Below the pieces are notes generated by a model, which was given only the letters and a program-made list of their open reading frames with translations, searched no databases and was not told the origin of the DNA. The position numbers were made by a program, and so were the translations under genes. This document shows, in pieces, positions 54,854 to 64,000 of a stretch of DNA of 64,000 bases. Each line of letters starts with the position of its first letter. Within the stretch, counting starts at the first letter, position 1. This DNA is from Bacteroidota bacterium (lineage in GTDB: Bacteria > Bacteroidota > Bacteroidia > UKL13-3): NCBI GenBank assembly GCA_947457395.1, contig CANGVA010000003.1, positions 2,063 through 66,062 on the forward strand, in the 5' to 3' direction.

Positions 54854-56287
54854 ATGGCATTAAGTAGATTTTGGTCATATATAATTGTTTGCAGCGTGGT
54901 ATACATTTTTTATCTGCTGGCAACCGATCAATTATATCAACTGGGTCAATTGGTAAATGGCAAACAAAACGATGCACTGGTTATAGCAGAAGTGCAAAGC
55001 AGCACTATTGAACAAGTTGATAGTACATTGTACAATAATTTGGCTGCGGCAAAGGCCAGTGGCTATCAGAACGGTGATACCCTGTACCGCTTGCTGGATA
55101 ATGGAATTGTAGAGGTTTGCAGGGGCAAACAACCTGCCGATGGTATTTTTGCTACCTGTAAAAATACCATGACCGATTTATGGTTGCCGCTTATTGGTTA
55201 CCTTACTTTTTTTTGCGGATTGCTAAACCTGCTTAACGACTCGAACGCCATAACCAAACTGGCTGGGGTTCTCACCCCATTTTTTGTGCGTATTTTTCCT
55301 GAGTTACCCAAAGGCCACAATGCCTATGGTTTTATGACCATGAATTTTGCCGCCAATTTTTTAGGGCTGGATAATGCTGCAACACCTTTTGGTCTCAAAG
55401 CCATGGAAAGTATGCAGGAGGTAAACCCAAACAAAGAAAAAGCAAGCAATAGCCAGATTATGTTTTTGTGTTTGCATGCAGCCGGGCTCACCCTTATTCC
55501 AACATCCATTATTGGTTATCGCGCTGCACAAGGGGCAGCCAACCCTTCTGATATAATGTTGCCTTGCATCATTACATCTTTTGTAGGCACATTGGCTGCG
55601 CTGATTTTTGTAAGTATCAAACAGCGTATTAATTTGGTTAATGCTGCCGTGCTGGGTTTTGTAGGTGTAGTAAGTGCCATTATTGGTGTGCTTATGTATT
55701 ATATTACCAAACTGGATGGTATTGATAAAATGCATTTTACAGGTAATTTAAGTAACAGTGTATTGCTTGTTATTATTTTACTGATTGTATTATACAGCAT
55801 ACTCAACGAGAAAATATTTAAGCAAAACAATACCAACCTGTTTGATTCATTTGTGCATGGAGCAAAGGATGGATTTACCACAGGTGTGCGCGTATTACCC
55901 TATATGATAGCCATGCTGGTGGCATTGAGCATTTTTCGCAACTCAGGGCTTATGCATATTGTCATGGGAGGGCTATCCTCGGTGTTGGCAGCTTTTGGTG
56001 TAAATGAGCAAATTATTCAGGCTATCCCCGTGGCGCTGATGCGGCCTTTCAGTGCAGGTGGCTCACGCGGGTTTATGCTGGATGCCATGAAAACTTATGG
56101 TGCCGATAGTTTGGCAGGGCAACTATCCTGCCTGTTTCAGGGTGCTGCCGAGACGACTTTTTATGTATTGGCCCTGTATTTTGGGTCGGTGAATGTAAAG
56201 GATAGTAGCTACACATTGGGTATTATGCTGCTGGTTGATTTGGTTTGTATTATCACTGCCATTGCAGTTTGTCTGATGTACTTTTAA
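54854..56287 (+). CDS. Nucleoside-recognition (Gate) domain membrane protein, SpmA/SpmB-like fusion
   Basis: A polytopic 477-aa protein. NFAANFLGLDNAATPFGLKAM and PFSAGGSRG resemble Gate-domain proteins (from memory). Confidence 0.5.
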   Translation: MALSRFWSYIIVCSVVYIFYLLATDQLYQLGQLVNGKQNDALVIAEVQSSTIEQVDSTLYNNLAAAKASGYQNGDTLYRLLDNGIVEVCRGKQPADGIFATCKNTMTDLWLPLIGYLTFFCGLLNLLNDSNAITKLAGVLTPFFVRIFPELPKGHNAYGFMTMNFAANFLGLDNAATPFGLKAMESMQEVNPNKEKASNSQIMFLCLHAAGLTLIPTSIIGYRAAQGAANPSDIMLPCIITSFVGTLAALIFVSIKQRINLVNAAVLGFVGVVSAIIGVLMYYITKLDGIDKMHFTGNLSNSVLLVIILLIVLYSILNEKIFKQNNTNLFDSFVHGAKDGFTTGVRVLPYMIAMLVALSIFRNSGLMHIVMGGLSSVLAAFGVNEQIIQAIPVALMRPFSAGGSRGFMLDAMKTYGADSLAGQLSCLFQGAAETTFYVLALYFGSVNVKDSSYTLGIMLLVDLVCIITAIAVCLMYF

Positions 56288-56384
56288 AGGCAAAAACCTG
56301 CTAATTTTTCCACTTATTTGTTTGGGTTTAGGCATTTGTGTAAGTTTGAGCCTTAATAGTCAAAAACAAGATAATTTAATTTTT

Positions 56385-56765
56385 ATGGCACTAGATATTT
56401 CAGGAAAAATTGTTCAGAAAATGAACAAAACAGAAGGAATTAGCAAAGCAGGTAAACCCTGGAGCAAACAGGAATTTGTGATTGAAACATTTGATACCTA
56501 TCCGCGTAAAGTTTGCTTAAGCGTAATGAACGATAAGGTAAATGAATTGGAGCGCTATAATGTAGGCGATACCATCAATGCATCACTCAATATCGAATCA
56601 CGTGAGTATAACGGTCGTTGGTATACCGATGTACGCGCTTGGAAAATAAACTCGGCCCAGGCGGCCACAAACGGAGGTAACAGCCAAACAGGTACAGATA
56701 CCTTCCATGCCGATCCTGAGCCCGGATTCAGCAGCGATGCAGCTTCTGATGATTTACCATTCTAA
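56385..56765 (+). CDS. DUF3127-like small OB-fold-like protein with an SSB-type acidic C-terminal tip (DDLPF)
   Basis: MALDISGKIVQK...GKPWSKQEFVIETFDTYPRKVCL...NIESREYNGRWYTDVRAWKI, followed by a Gly/Gln/Thr-rich linker, ending in SDDLPF*. Start at the ATG at 56385. Confidence 0.6.
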   Translation: MALDISGKIVQKMNKTEGISKAGKPWSKQEFVIETFDTYPRKVCLSVMNDKVNELERYNVGDTINASLNIESREYNGRWYTDVRAWKINSAQAATNGGNSQTGTDTFHADPEPGFSSDAASDDLPF

Positions 56766-56848
56766 AAAAATAAATGAGTAAAAATGGAAATGGGTAAATC
56801 TTATTTGCCCATTTTTATTTTATAAACCATGCCGATTCATCTTTTATC

Positions 56849-58315
56849 ATGAGTGAAACATTAAGCATATACAATACCCTTACTCGTAAGAATGAAATAT
56901 TTACTCCATTGTATCATGGAATGGTGGGTATGTATGTTTGCGGGCCAACGGTATACAATAATGCTCATCTGGGTAATGCACGTACCTTTATTTCTTTTGA
57001 TGTAGTGTTTCGCTACCTGCAGCATTTGGGCTATAAGGTGCGTTACGTACGCAATATTACAGATGCCGGACATTTAGAAAGCGATGCAGATGAAGGGGAA
57101 GATAAAATAAGCAAGAAAGCAAAACTGGAGCAGCTGGAGCCAATGGAAATTGTGCAACGTTACACCATAGATTTTCATGATGTAATGCGTGCGTTCAACA
57201 CCTTGTCTCCAAGCATTGAACCTACGGCTACCGGGCATATCATTGAGCAAATTGAAATGACCAAACAAATTATTGCCAATGGCTTTGCGTATGAGGTAAA
57301 CGGCTCAGTTTATTTTGATGTAACCAAATTTGCACAAACCCATCCATACACTGCTTTATCTAATCGAAATCTGGATGATTTGCTGAATAATACACGTGAA
57401 CTTGACGGGCAGGATGAGAAGCGCGGAAGATTGGATTTTGCACTTTGGATAAAAGCCAAGCCTGAACATATTATGCGCTGGCCAAGCCCATGGGGCCAAG
57501 GTTTTCCGGGTTGGCATTTAGAGTGCTCTGCTATGAGCAGAAAATATTTGGGCGATGTATTTGATATACACGGGGGTGGTATGGATTTAATTCCCACCCA
57601 TCACACCAATGAAGTGGCACAAAACGTTGCTTGCACAGGCCAGCATCATCCGGTAAAATATTGGATGCACACCAATATGCTAACGGTAAATGGGCAAAAA
57701 ATGAGTAAGAGTTTGGGTAATTCATTCCTGCCTTTAGAATTGTTTACCGGCAGTCATGCATTGCTAGATAAGGGCTACAGTCCAATGACTGTAAGATTTT
57801 TCATGCTTCAGGCGCACTATCGCAGTACGCTCGATTTTAGTAATGAAGCCCTTCTGGCAGCTGAAAAAGGATTTGCACGATTAATGAATGCCATACGTTT
57901 AATAGATAGTTTAAAAACCGGTGCTGCAACCACATCCAATATTGAGCTGCTTAAGCAAAACGTATACGCAGCTATGAATGATGATTTCAACACACCCATT
58001 GCACTCGCACATTTATTTGAAGCCGTGCGCATCATCAACAGCGTGAATGATGGTAAAGAAACGCTGAGTGAAGCAGATAAGCAAACGCTTAAAAAATTGA
58101 TGCATGAGATGGTATTCGATGTGCTGGGATTACGTGAGGAGCAAGCGATAAATACTGATAAAATAGACGGACTGATGCAGATGATTTTAGACCAGCGTAA
58201 AGACGCTAAGGCCAGAAAAGATTTTGCATCTTCTGATTTAATCAGAGATAAATTAAAAGAGCTGGGCTTTGAGATTAAGGATGGTAAAGACGGAACAACC
58301 TATAGTATTGTTTAA
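56849..58315 (+). CDS. cysS: cysteine--tRNA ligase
   Basis: HIGH-type motif [16 protein letters not shown] motif QKMSKSLGN, and the Zn-binding Cys context WHLECSAM. Confidence 0.95.
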   Translation: MSETLSIYNTLTRKNEIFTPLYHGMVGMYVCGPTVYNNAHLGNARTFISFDVVFRYLQHLGYKVRYVRNITDAGHLESDADEGEDKISKKAKLEQLEPMEIVQRYTIDFHDVMRAFNTLSPSIEPTATGHIIEQIEMTKQIIANGFAYEVNGSVYFDVTKFAQTHPYTALSNRNLDDLLNNTRELDGQDEKRGRLDFALWIKAKPEHIMRWPSPWGQGFPGWHLECSAMSRKYLGDVFDIHGGGMDLIPTHHTNEVAQNVACTGQHHPVKYWMHTNMLTVNGQKMSKSLGNSFLPLELFTGSHALLDKGYSPMTVRFFMLQAHYRSTLDFSNEALLAAEKGFARLMNAIRLIDSLKTGAATTSNIELLKQNVYAAMNDDFNTPIALAHLFEAVRIINSVNDGKETLSEADKQTLKKLMHEMVFDVLGLREEQAINTDKIDGLMQMILDQRKDAKARKDFASSDLIRDKLKELGFEIKDGKDGTTYSIV

Positions 58316-58317
58316 GT

Positions 58318-59316
58318 ATGCAATTGTATAACTTGTTTAAAGCATTAACTTTTTTAGCATTGCTAATGCTTGCTGCATGCGGTGGTGGCGGGCAATCAGG
58401 TAAAACAGCACAAACCACGCAGCAAACAGCTGAACAGCCAAAAGCCTATAAACAATTATCACCAAATTTTAATGCCGATAGTGCCTACTACTTTGTAGAT
58501 AAACAGGTTTCTTTCGGTCCACGTGTAACCAATTCTGAGCCGCATAAGAAATGTGGAGATTGGTTGGTGGCTGAGCTAAGAAAAATGTGCGATAATGTAA
58601 TTGAGCAAAAAACCACACTTACCAATTATGATGGCAGGCAATTAAACATCAGAAATATCATTGCAGAAATAAATCCAAAAGCTGATAAGCGTATTTTACT
58701 TTGTGCCCACTGGGATAGCAGGCCCTTTGCTGATGAAGATACCAAAGATACAGATAAACCTATTTTAGGAGCCAATGATGGAGGCAGCGGAGTAGGGGTG
58801 TTAATGGAAATTGCGCGTATCATTAAAAACAATCCACTTTCGTTTGGAATAGATATTGTGTTATTTGACGCAGAGGATCTGGGAAAATCTGAGCATAACA
58901 ACTCCTATTGTTTAGGCTCACAATACTGGAGCACCAATTTGCACAAGCCCGGCTACAAAGCAGCGTATGGAATATTACTGGATATGGTAGGAGCGGCCAA
59001 TGCCAAATTTGCTTGGGAGGAGGTTTCGGTTACATATGCAAGACCGATATTGGAAAAAGTTTGGGCTACTGCTCAGGCCTTGGGTTATCCGCATTTTGTG
59101 TATTACAACAAAGGAGGCATCATTGATGATCATGCCTATGTGAATAAAAATGCAGGTATTCCAACTATTGATATCATACATTTTGATACGCAAACACAAA
59201 CTGGTTTCCCGGAACACTGGCATACACACCGAGACAACATGAATGCTATAGACAGAACTACGTTAAAGGCTGTTGGCCAAACCTTGCTGGAAGTGATTTA
59301 TTCTGAAAAATTCTGA
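58318..59316 (+). CDS. M28-family lipoprotein, glutaminyl-peptide cyclotransferase (type II QC)-like
   Basis: Lipobox LLMLAAC. CAHWDSRPFADED, GANDGGSGVGVLMEIAR, LFDAEDLG, IIDDH. This is the metal-ligand pattern of M28 and animal-type QC. Confidence 0.7.
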   Translation: MQLYNLFKALTFLALLMLAACGGGGQSGKTAQTTQQTAEQPKAYKQLSPNFNADSAYYFVDKQVSFGPRVTNSEPHKKCGDWLVAELRKMCDNVIEQKTTLTNYDGRQLNIRNIIAEINPKADKRILLCAHWDSRPFADEDTKDTDKPILGANDGGSGVGVLMEIARIIKNNPLSFGIDIVLFDAEDLGKSEHNNSYCLGSQYWSTNLHKPGYKAAYGILLDMVGAANAKFAWEEVSVTYARPILEKVWATAQALGYPHFVYYNKGGIIDDHAYVNKNAGIPTIDIIHFDTQTQTGFPEHWHTHRDNMNAIDRTTLKAVGQTLLEVIYSEKF

Positions 59317-60134
59317 TCGGCATCTGTTTTAAATGCCAATAAGGGTACACCTACTTTTGCTGCTAAACTACTGATAATGCTTGTACAAAGTACCCTGTCC
59401 GTTGAGTTTCTGGTATGAGATAAAATTGCAAGCAAATCAGGATGATGTTCTTCTACAAAGGATTCAATTGCGGTTGCAGGCTCATTGCTCATCACCGCAT
59501 CAAAGGAAATAGCTTTGTATTGAAACCTGCGTTGCAAATCTTGGGCAATCAGTTCAGGGCTGAAATTGGAGGCATTGATTACTTCCGGAAAAATATGCAG
59601 AAAACGTATATGTGCTCCAAAGATTTTGGCCAATGCAACCAGTGCCTGTCCCTCTAAATCAGTATCTGAAAAATCGGTGGCATACACAATATTTTTTAAG
59701 CCATTAAATATTGCATACTTAGGTACTGATATAATGGGTCTGGCGGAGGTGGTTATCATAAGTGAAGTGTGGCCTCCCCAAAAAATATGGTTATTATCTG
59801 ATGCACCGGTTGATGCCAGGATGATAATATCTGCTTTACTCTTCTCGGCATAAGCATTTATAACTTCGGCAATCTGCATTCCATGAGCAGTATGGAAATG
59901 AATAGATGCAGGGATGTTTCCTCTTTGTTCCTTAATCTGCTGAAGGGTTTTGTCAAACTGCTGCTTTATTTCCTGATGTAATTCTTTGCCAAATGCATCG
60001 GCTGCATCTGAACCTTCATAGTAGGTTATATGAAGTAGATCATAGGATGCATCCTGCTTAAACATATTAAATGCATAGCATATCGCATTTATTGCGGCAT
60101 CAGAAAAATCAATTGGAATAAGAACCCTGAGCAT
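59298..60134 (-). CDS. Universal stress protein (tandem UspA domains)
   Basis: VLIPIDFSDAAINAI...IIILASTG and NIVYATDFSD...LLAILSH. Start at the ATG at 60134 (the ORF-track start at 60152 is TTG). Confidence 0.7.
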   Translation of the reverse strand: MLRVLIPIDFSDAAINAICYAFNMFKQDASYDLLHITYYEGSDAADAFGKELHQEIKQQFDKTLQQIKEQRGNIPASIHFHTAHGMQIAEVINAYAEKSKADIIILASTGASDNNHIFWGGHTSLMITTSARPIISVPKYAIFNGLKNIVYATDFSDTDLEGQALVALAKIFGAHIRFLHIFPEVINASNFSPELIAQDLQRRFQYKAISFDAVMSNEPATAIESFVEEHHPDLLAILSHTRNSTDRVLCTSIISSLAAKVGVPLLAFKTDADQNFSE

Positions 60135-60188
60135 TTTAAAAATAACATGCAAAGGTATTTTTGGCCTAAGGTAAAAAAATGATGGTTA

Positions 60189-61247
60189 TCAGTTTTTCAT
60201 CTTTTTCAGTTTTTCCATATTCAGAAGGGTAATTTGCCTGGCCTTTATGTCAATCAACTGCTCATCTTTAAAGTCTGATAATGTTCTGATAACCGTTTCT
60301 GTTGAGGTTCCAACCAGGTTGGCAAGGTCCTCCCGATTAACTGCCATTGAAAAGGGATCCTTTTTTTCTTTATTATATGTTTTTTCAAGGGTAAGTAATC
60401 CTTCTGCAACCCTTTTACGTACAGAATTATAGGCCAGTTTTAGCATTCTGTCTTCCATTTCCATAATGTTATTGCTCAGCATTTTTATAAATCGGTTAGC
60501 CACATCTCTGTTTTTAGCAATTAATTCATGAAAATCTTCATTGGGGATGAAATAAATTTGGGATTCTTCCATGGCTTCTGCTGATTCCTGATAGGGCCTT
60601 TCCTCCATTAATGATAGATAGCCGAAAAAGTCGCCCGTGCTATATAATCCTACAATAATATCTTTACCATCTTCATTGGATTTAAATGCTTTAACTTTTC
60701 CCTGTTGAATGAAATAAATCCCTCTTGGATAATTACCCGCATGGTAAATGTATTCTTTCTTTTTAAACACATGCGTAGTGCGGTTTTTTGACAGATTATT
60801 GAGGTCTTCGAGTGACCGAGCTTGTGAAATAAAGCTCTCTATCCCATCTGCCGATCGCTGAAAATCTGCTTTAAGCAACTCATTCCTTTTTAATCTGGCT
60901 TCAATGGCGTTCAGAATATCCGCTTCATCAAATGGCTTGGTAATATAGTCATCTGCACCAAGCGTCATGCCTTTTCTAATATCCGTACGTTCAGTTTTTG
61001 CTGTAAGAAAGATAAATGGAAGATAGGCGGTTTGCGGATTATTGGATAACTGTTTCAGTACTTCATACCCATCCATTTCGGGCATCATAATATCACAAAT
61101 AATAAGATCCGGCTTTTCTGTTCTTGCTTGTTTAACTCCATCTGCACCATGCGCAGATTTACTAACCTTATATCCGGAGAGTTCAAGCAGCTCTGCAGTG
61201 TTCTCTCTAACATCTTTATTGTCTTCTATAATTAATATGTGTTTCAT
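60189..61247 (-). CDS. Hybrid response regulator: CheY-like receiver fused to a Crp/Fnr-type cNMP-binding domain and HTH
   Basis: Receiver ILIIEDNKD...PDLIICDIMMPEMDG...LTAK. Then YIYHAGNYPRGIYFIQQGKVK (cNMP beta-roll) and C-terminal DLANLVGTSTETVIRTLSDF (HTH). Confidence 0.8.
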   Translation of the reverse strand: MKHILIIEDNKDVRENTAELLELSGYKVSKSAHGADGVKQARTEKPDLIICDIMMPEMDGYEVLKQLSNNPQTAYLPFIFLTAKTERTDIRKGMTLGADDYITKPFDEADILNAIEARLKRNELLKADFQRSADGIESFISQARSLEDLNNLSKNRTTHVFKKKEYIYHAGNYPRGIYFIQQGKVKAFKSNEDGKDIIVGLYSTGDFFGYLSLMEERPYQESAEAMEESQIYFIPNEDFHELIAKNRDVANRFIKMLSNNIMEMEDRMLKLAYNSVRKRVAEGLLTLEKTYNKEKKDPFSMAVNREDLANLVGTSTETVIRTLSDFKDEQLIDIKARQITLLNMEKLKKMKN

Positions 61248-61251
61248 AAAA

Positions 61252-62871
61252 TTAAGATTTAATGGGTATGCTGATATAAAAAGAAGTTCCTTTACCTAAT
61301 GTACTTTTAAATGAAATTTGTCCTCCAAGCAATTCAATGTATTTTTTAATGATGTTTAGCCCCAACCCGGTTCCCTGAATATTTGATGCATTGGAAGCCC
61401 GATAGAATCTCTCAAACAAATGCCGTTGGTCTTCCTCAGGTATGCCCAAACCCTCATCACTGATGCTAAGCAGGAGTTGTTGTTGGTTAGTCTGCAATTC
61501 AATATGTATGCGGCCACCTTTAGGGGAGTATTTGATGGCATTGGAAATGAGGTTTTGAATAATGGTTCGGTAAGCTTTTTTATCCATCAACATTTCCTTA
61601 TGAATAAGATTCGATGTGAATTGAATCTGAAGGTCATCATCTATTGTATCGCGCATTTCGGCCACAAAATCCAAAGTAAAATTCTGAATATCCATTGGGC
61701 TGTATTCCAGTTTTACCTCACCGCTTTCAAGTTTCTCTACAGATAAAAAGTATTCCAATATTTCTGTTAGATTGGCAATTGATGCCTTCATCTTTTTTGC
61801 ATGGGTTTTAACTTTATCCGTTTGTTGGTTTTCATGGTAGCGCAGCATCAGGTTAAGCGATGATAATATTGTGCTGAGTGGGGTTCTGAACTCATGTGAA
61901 GCCATAGAAATAAAGCGTGATTTCATTTCATTTAACTGAGTGGCTTCATCAAGTGCCTGCTTCATTTTCTCTTCCGCTTCTTTCATTGCAGAAACATTGA
62001 GTACCACCGCTACCATGCGGTTTATTTCACCACTATCTTCCAGTATTGGTGTGGTATTCATTAAATAACTTTGGCCGGCAAAACTGATTTCATAAGAGGT
62101 CTCTTCTCCGGCAATAGTTCTTTTAAAGTAATATTCATGAATAGACGCATTCTCATGACCGGCAAAGGATTCGGTAATTTTTTTTCCAAGAAAATCTTCT
62201 CTGGTTAATCCAATCCGCTCCAACTCTTTGCCTTCAACAAACTCACACACCATATCACGGTTAAAAATACAGATGGTGCCATTGGGATAATTTTTGGCAA
62301 TGCTGGAAAACAACAGCTGGTTGGTAAGCAGCTCCTGTTCTGCCCTTTTGGTTTCCTTATACTGGTTTTCCAAACTTTGGTTGGTTAGCTCAAGCGCTCT
62401 TACCACGCCTCGAATCTCCTGCGTTCTTTCTTCAACCACCCTTTCCAATTGTTGGGTATACCGGTTGGCTTTCTCTCGGGCATCGGTTAAATCACTTACA
62501 TCACGCATTACCCCGGCAAATACCTTGCGACCTTCGGGCAAAAAAACTTCGCTCACACTTAGGAAAATCGGGAATATGGAACCGTCTTTCCGCTTTCCGC
62601 TTACCTCTCGGCCAATTCCAATTACTTTTTTCTCTCCTGTTTGGTGGTAGTTGTTTAAATATTTATCGTGCTGGCCGTGGTAGGGCTCAGGCATAAGCAT
62701 GGCAATATTTTTACCCAGCATTTCTTCTCTATTATACCCAAACAACCTGATAACTGACGGATTTAACTGTTCTATGATTCCACGCTCATTAATAATAATC
62801 ATGGCATCAATAGCATCATTAAAGATTGCCCGTAAAGAGATTTCGTCAATATTGGGTTCTTGCTGAATCAT
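61252..62871 (-). CDS. PAS-domain sensor histidine kinase (cytoplasmic; no transmembrane segment seen)
   Basis: Two PAS-like regions. H-box MASHEFRTPLSTI, N-box NLISNAIKYSP, G-boxes DEGLGI and GTGLGLNI. Lies 4 nt upstream of the response regulator gene. Confidence 0.85.
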   Translation of the reverse strand: MIQQEPNIDEISLRAIFNDAIDAMIIINERGIIEQLNPSVIRLFGYNREEMLGKNIAMLMPEPYHGQHDKYLNNYHQTGEKKVIGIGREVSGKRKDGSIFPIFLSVSEVFLPEGRKVFAGVMRDVSDLTDAREKANRYTQQLERVVEERTQEIRGVVRALELTNQSLENQYKETKRAEQELLTNQLLFSSIAKNYPNGTICIFNRDMVCEFVEGKELERIGLTREDFLGKKITESFAGHENASIHEYYFKRTIAGEETSYEISFAGQSYLMNTTPILEDSGEINRMVAVVLNVSAMKEAEEKMKQALDEATQLNEMKSRFISMASHEFRTPLSTILSSLNLMLRYHENQQTDKVKTHAKKMKASIANLTEILEYFLSVEKLESGEVKLEYSPMDIQNFTLDFVAEMRDTIDDDLQIQFTSNLIHKEMLMDKKAYRTIIQNLISNAIKYSPKGGRIHIELQTNQQQLLLSISDEGLGIPEEDQRHLFERFYRASNASNIQGTGLGLNIIKKYIELLGGQISFKSTLGKGTSFYISIPIKS

Positions 62872-62986
62872 AGCTTAAAAACCGAATGTATGAAAACCCC
62901 GATAAAATAAAAAGTAATTTTGGATAATTTGTATTGCGAGAGGCTATCTCTTATCGCACTTATCTAAGCGCTACAGTTTAAATTAA

Positions 62987-63727
62987 TTACTGAATAGCTG
63001 CTTTCAGCGAGGGAATTAGCGAAGGGTTTTTTTCGATGGCGTTACCAACCACTACTACGTCTGCTCCTGCCTGGCAAGCTGCCCTTGCTTGTTCCGGGGT
63101 GCGAATGCCGCCACCAATAAAAAGAGGAACGGATATTTGTTTTTTTACGGCCTGTATCATTTCGGCTGAAACTGGCTGAATAGCCCCGCTGCCTGCATCC
63201 ATATAGATACAACGCAGGCCCAGCATTTCACCTGCCATGGCTGTAGTTGCCGCAATGGCATGTTTATCGGCCGGCATGGGTGTGGTATTACTCATATAGG
63301 AAACAGAAGTTATGCGGCCTCCGTCTACAATAATATAACCGGTTGGAATAACCTCTATGCCACTTTTTTTAAGCACCGGAGCAGCCAATACATGCTTACC
63401 AATTAACAAATCCGGATTGCGGCCGGAAATAAGCGAAAGAAATAAGATGGCATCAGCATCCGGATTTACCTGCATAATGTTACCGGGGAAAATGATAACC
63501 GGTATGGTGGTGTGTTTTTTGATGAGTGATATGCACTTATCAAAAAAGCCGTTTGTTATTAGGCTGCCACCAACCAAAATCAAATCAACACCGGATATAT
63601 TGCAAGCCTCGCATGTATCAGTAAGCATTTGTTCGCTGCTTACACTATCAGGGTCTATTAATACTGCTAGCTGCTTTCTACCTGCAGCAGCAGTTTCCAT
63701 AAGATGCTTACCAATATCGTTTTTCAA
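62987..63727 (-). CDS. Geranylgeranylglyceryl/heptaprenylglyceryl phosphate synthase family protein (PcrB/GGGPS)
   Basis: TIM-barrel family motifs LILVGGS, IIFPGN, YMDAGSG, LFIGGGIRTPEQA, VVVGNAIE. Confidence 0.75.
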   Translation of the reverse strand: MKNDIGKHLMETAAAGRKQLAVLIDPDSVSSEQMLTDTCEACNISGVDLILVGGSLITNGFFDKCISLIKKHTTIPVIIFPGNIMQVNPDADAILFLSLISGRNPDLLIGKHVLAAPVLKKSGIEVIPTGYIIVDGGRITSVSYMSNTTPMPADKHAIAATTAMAGEMLGLRCIYMDAGSGAIQPVSAEMIQAVKKQISVPLFIGGGIRTPEQARAACQAGADVVVVGNAIEKNPSLIPSLKAAIQ

Positions 63728-64000
63728 GGTGGTGTTTTAATAGTGCGGGCGCTAACCCTCAACAAATAAAAGGTTTTTAAACGAATATTTGCGCGGCTAA
63801 AGCCAAAATCACCATTATTCATACCATAAACCTTCGTATGATAAGAAAAAGTATGTATGATTACTCCATCATTTTAATATTTGTAAGTTGCTGATTAAAA
63901 GTATGCTGTCCTTTTATCAAGACAAACCCCCTTAATTATCAGCATGCTACCAAAATCAACAACCCAACAAAATCAACCCTTTTCATGTGAATAAATTACA

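Noticed and set aside
63728-64000. A 270-nt non-coding tail upstream of the GGGPS gene, examined for a riboswitch or sRNA
   Set aside because: There are only weak, AT-rich imperfect inverted repeats, and I could not recognise any conserved riboswitch core sequence. The region runs off the window edge.

Overview
This 64-kb chromosomal segment looks like Bacteroidota. Evidence: five proteins end in T9SS type-A C-terminal sorting domains, Gln follows almost every predicted signal-peptidase site, there is a fused E1 alpha/beta dehydrogenase, and the DNA is AT-rich by eye. No searches were run. All calls come from motifs read in the ORF track and the DNA, and several start codons were re-picked by eye.

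Housekeeping backbone: metG 3' end, tRNA-Arg(CCT), frr-pyrH-tsf-rpsB-rpsI-rplM, pyk, acpP-fabF-rnc, tsaB, recJ, trmB, tRNA-Met(CAT), fused E1 dehydrogenase, pyrF, cysS.

Accessory content:
- A haem peroxidase / Rieske / cytochrome c-copper monooxygenase operon (16.2-20.2 kb).
- A divergent pair of T9SS-secreted phosphoesterases (PhoX-like, plus a 1990-aa multi-domain nucleotidase).
- Two giant T9SS repeat proteins.
- A Kazal-domain T9SS protein.
- A glutaminyl-cyclase-like lipoprotein.
- Ether-lipid-related genes (a CarF/FAD4-family desaturase and a GGGPS/PcrB-family synthase).

Stand-out finding: a roughly 3-kb islet at about 39.5-42.4 kb sits between two convergent housekeeping genes (CPA2 antiporter and pyrF). 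It holds a divergent DnaB-family helicase-like gene. Seventeen nt after that gene comes a retron-like msr/msd region (a1/a2 inverted repeats, a G right after a1, a 12-bp msd hairpin), followed by a retron-type reverse transcriptase (NAxxH, YADD and VTG motifs). I do not recognise a DnaB-like helicase as a described retron effector, so this is the best candidate for a new system.

A dispersed repeat family lies directly 3' of three stop codons in sense orientation, and two tRNA genes carry partial duplications. Both are also worth a look.
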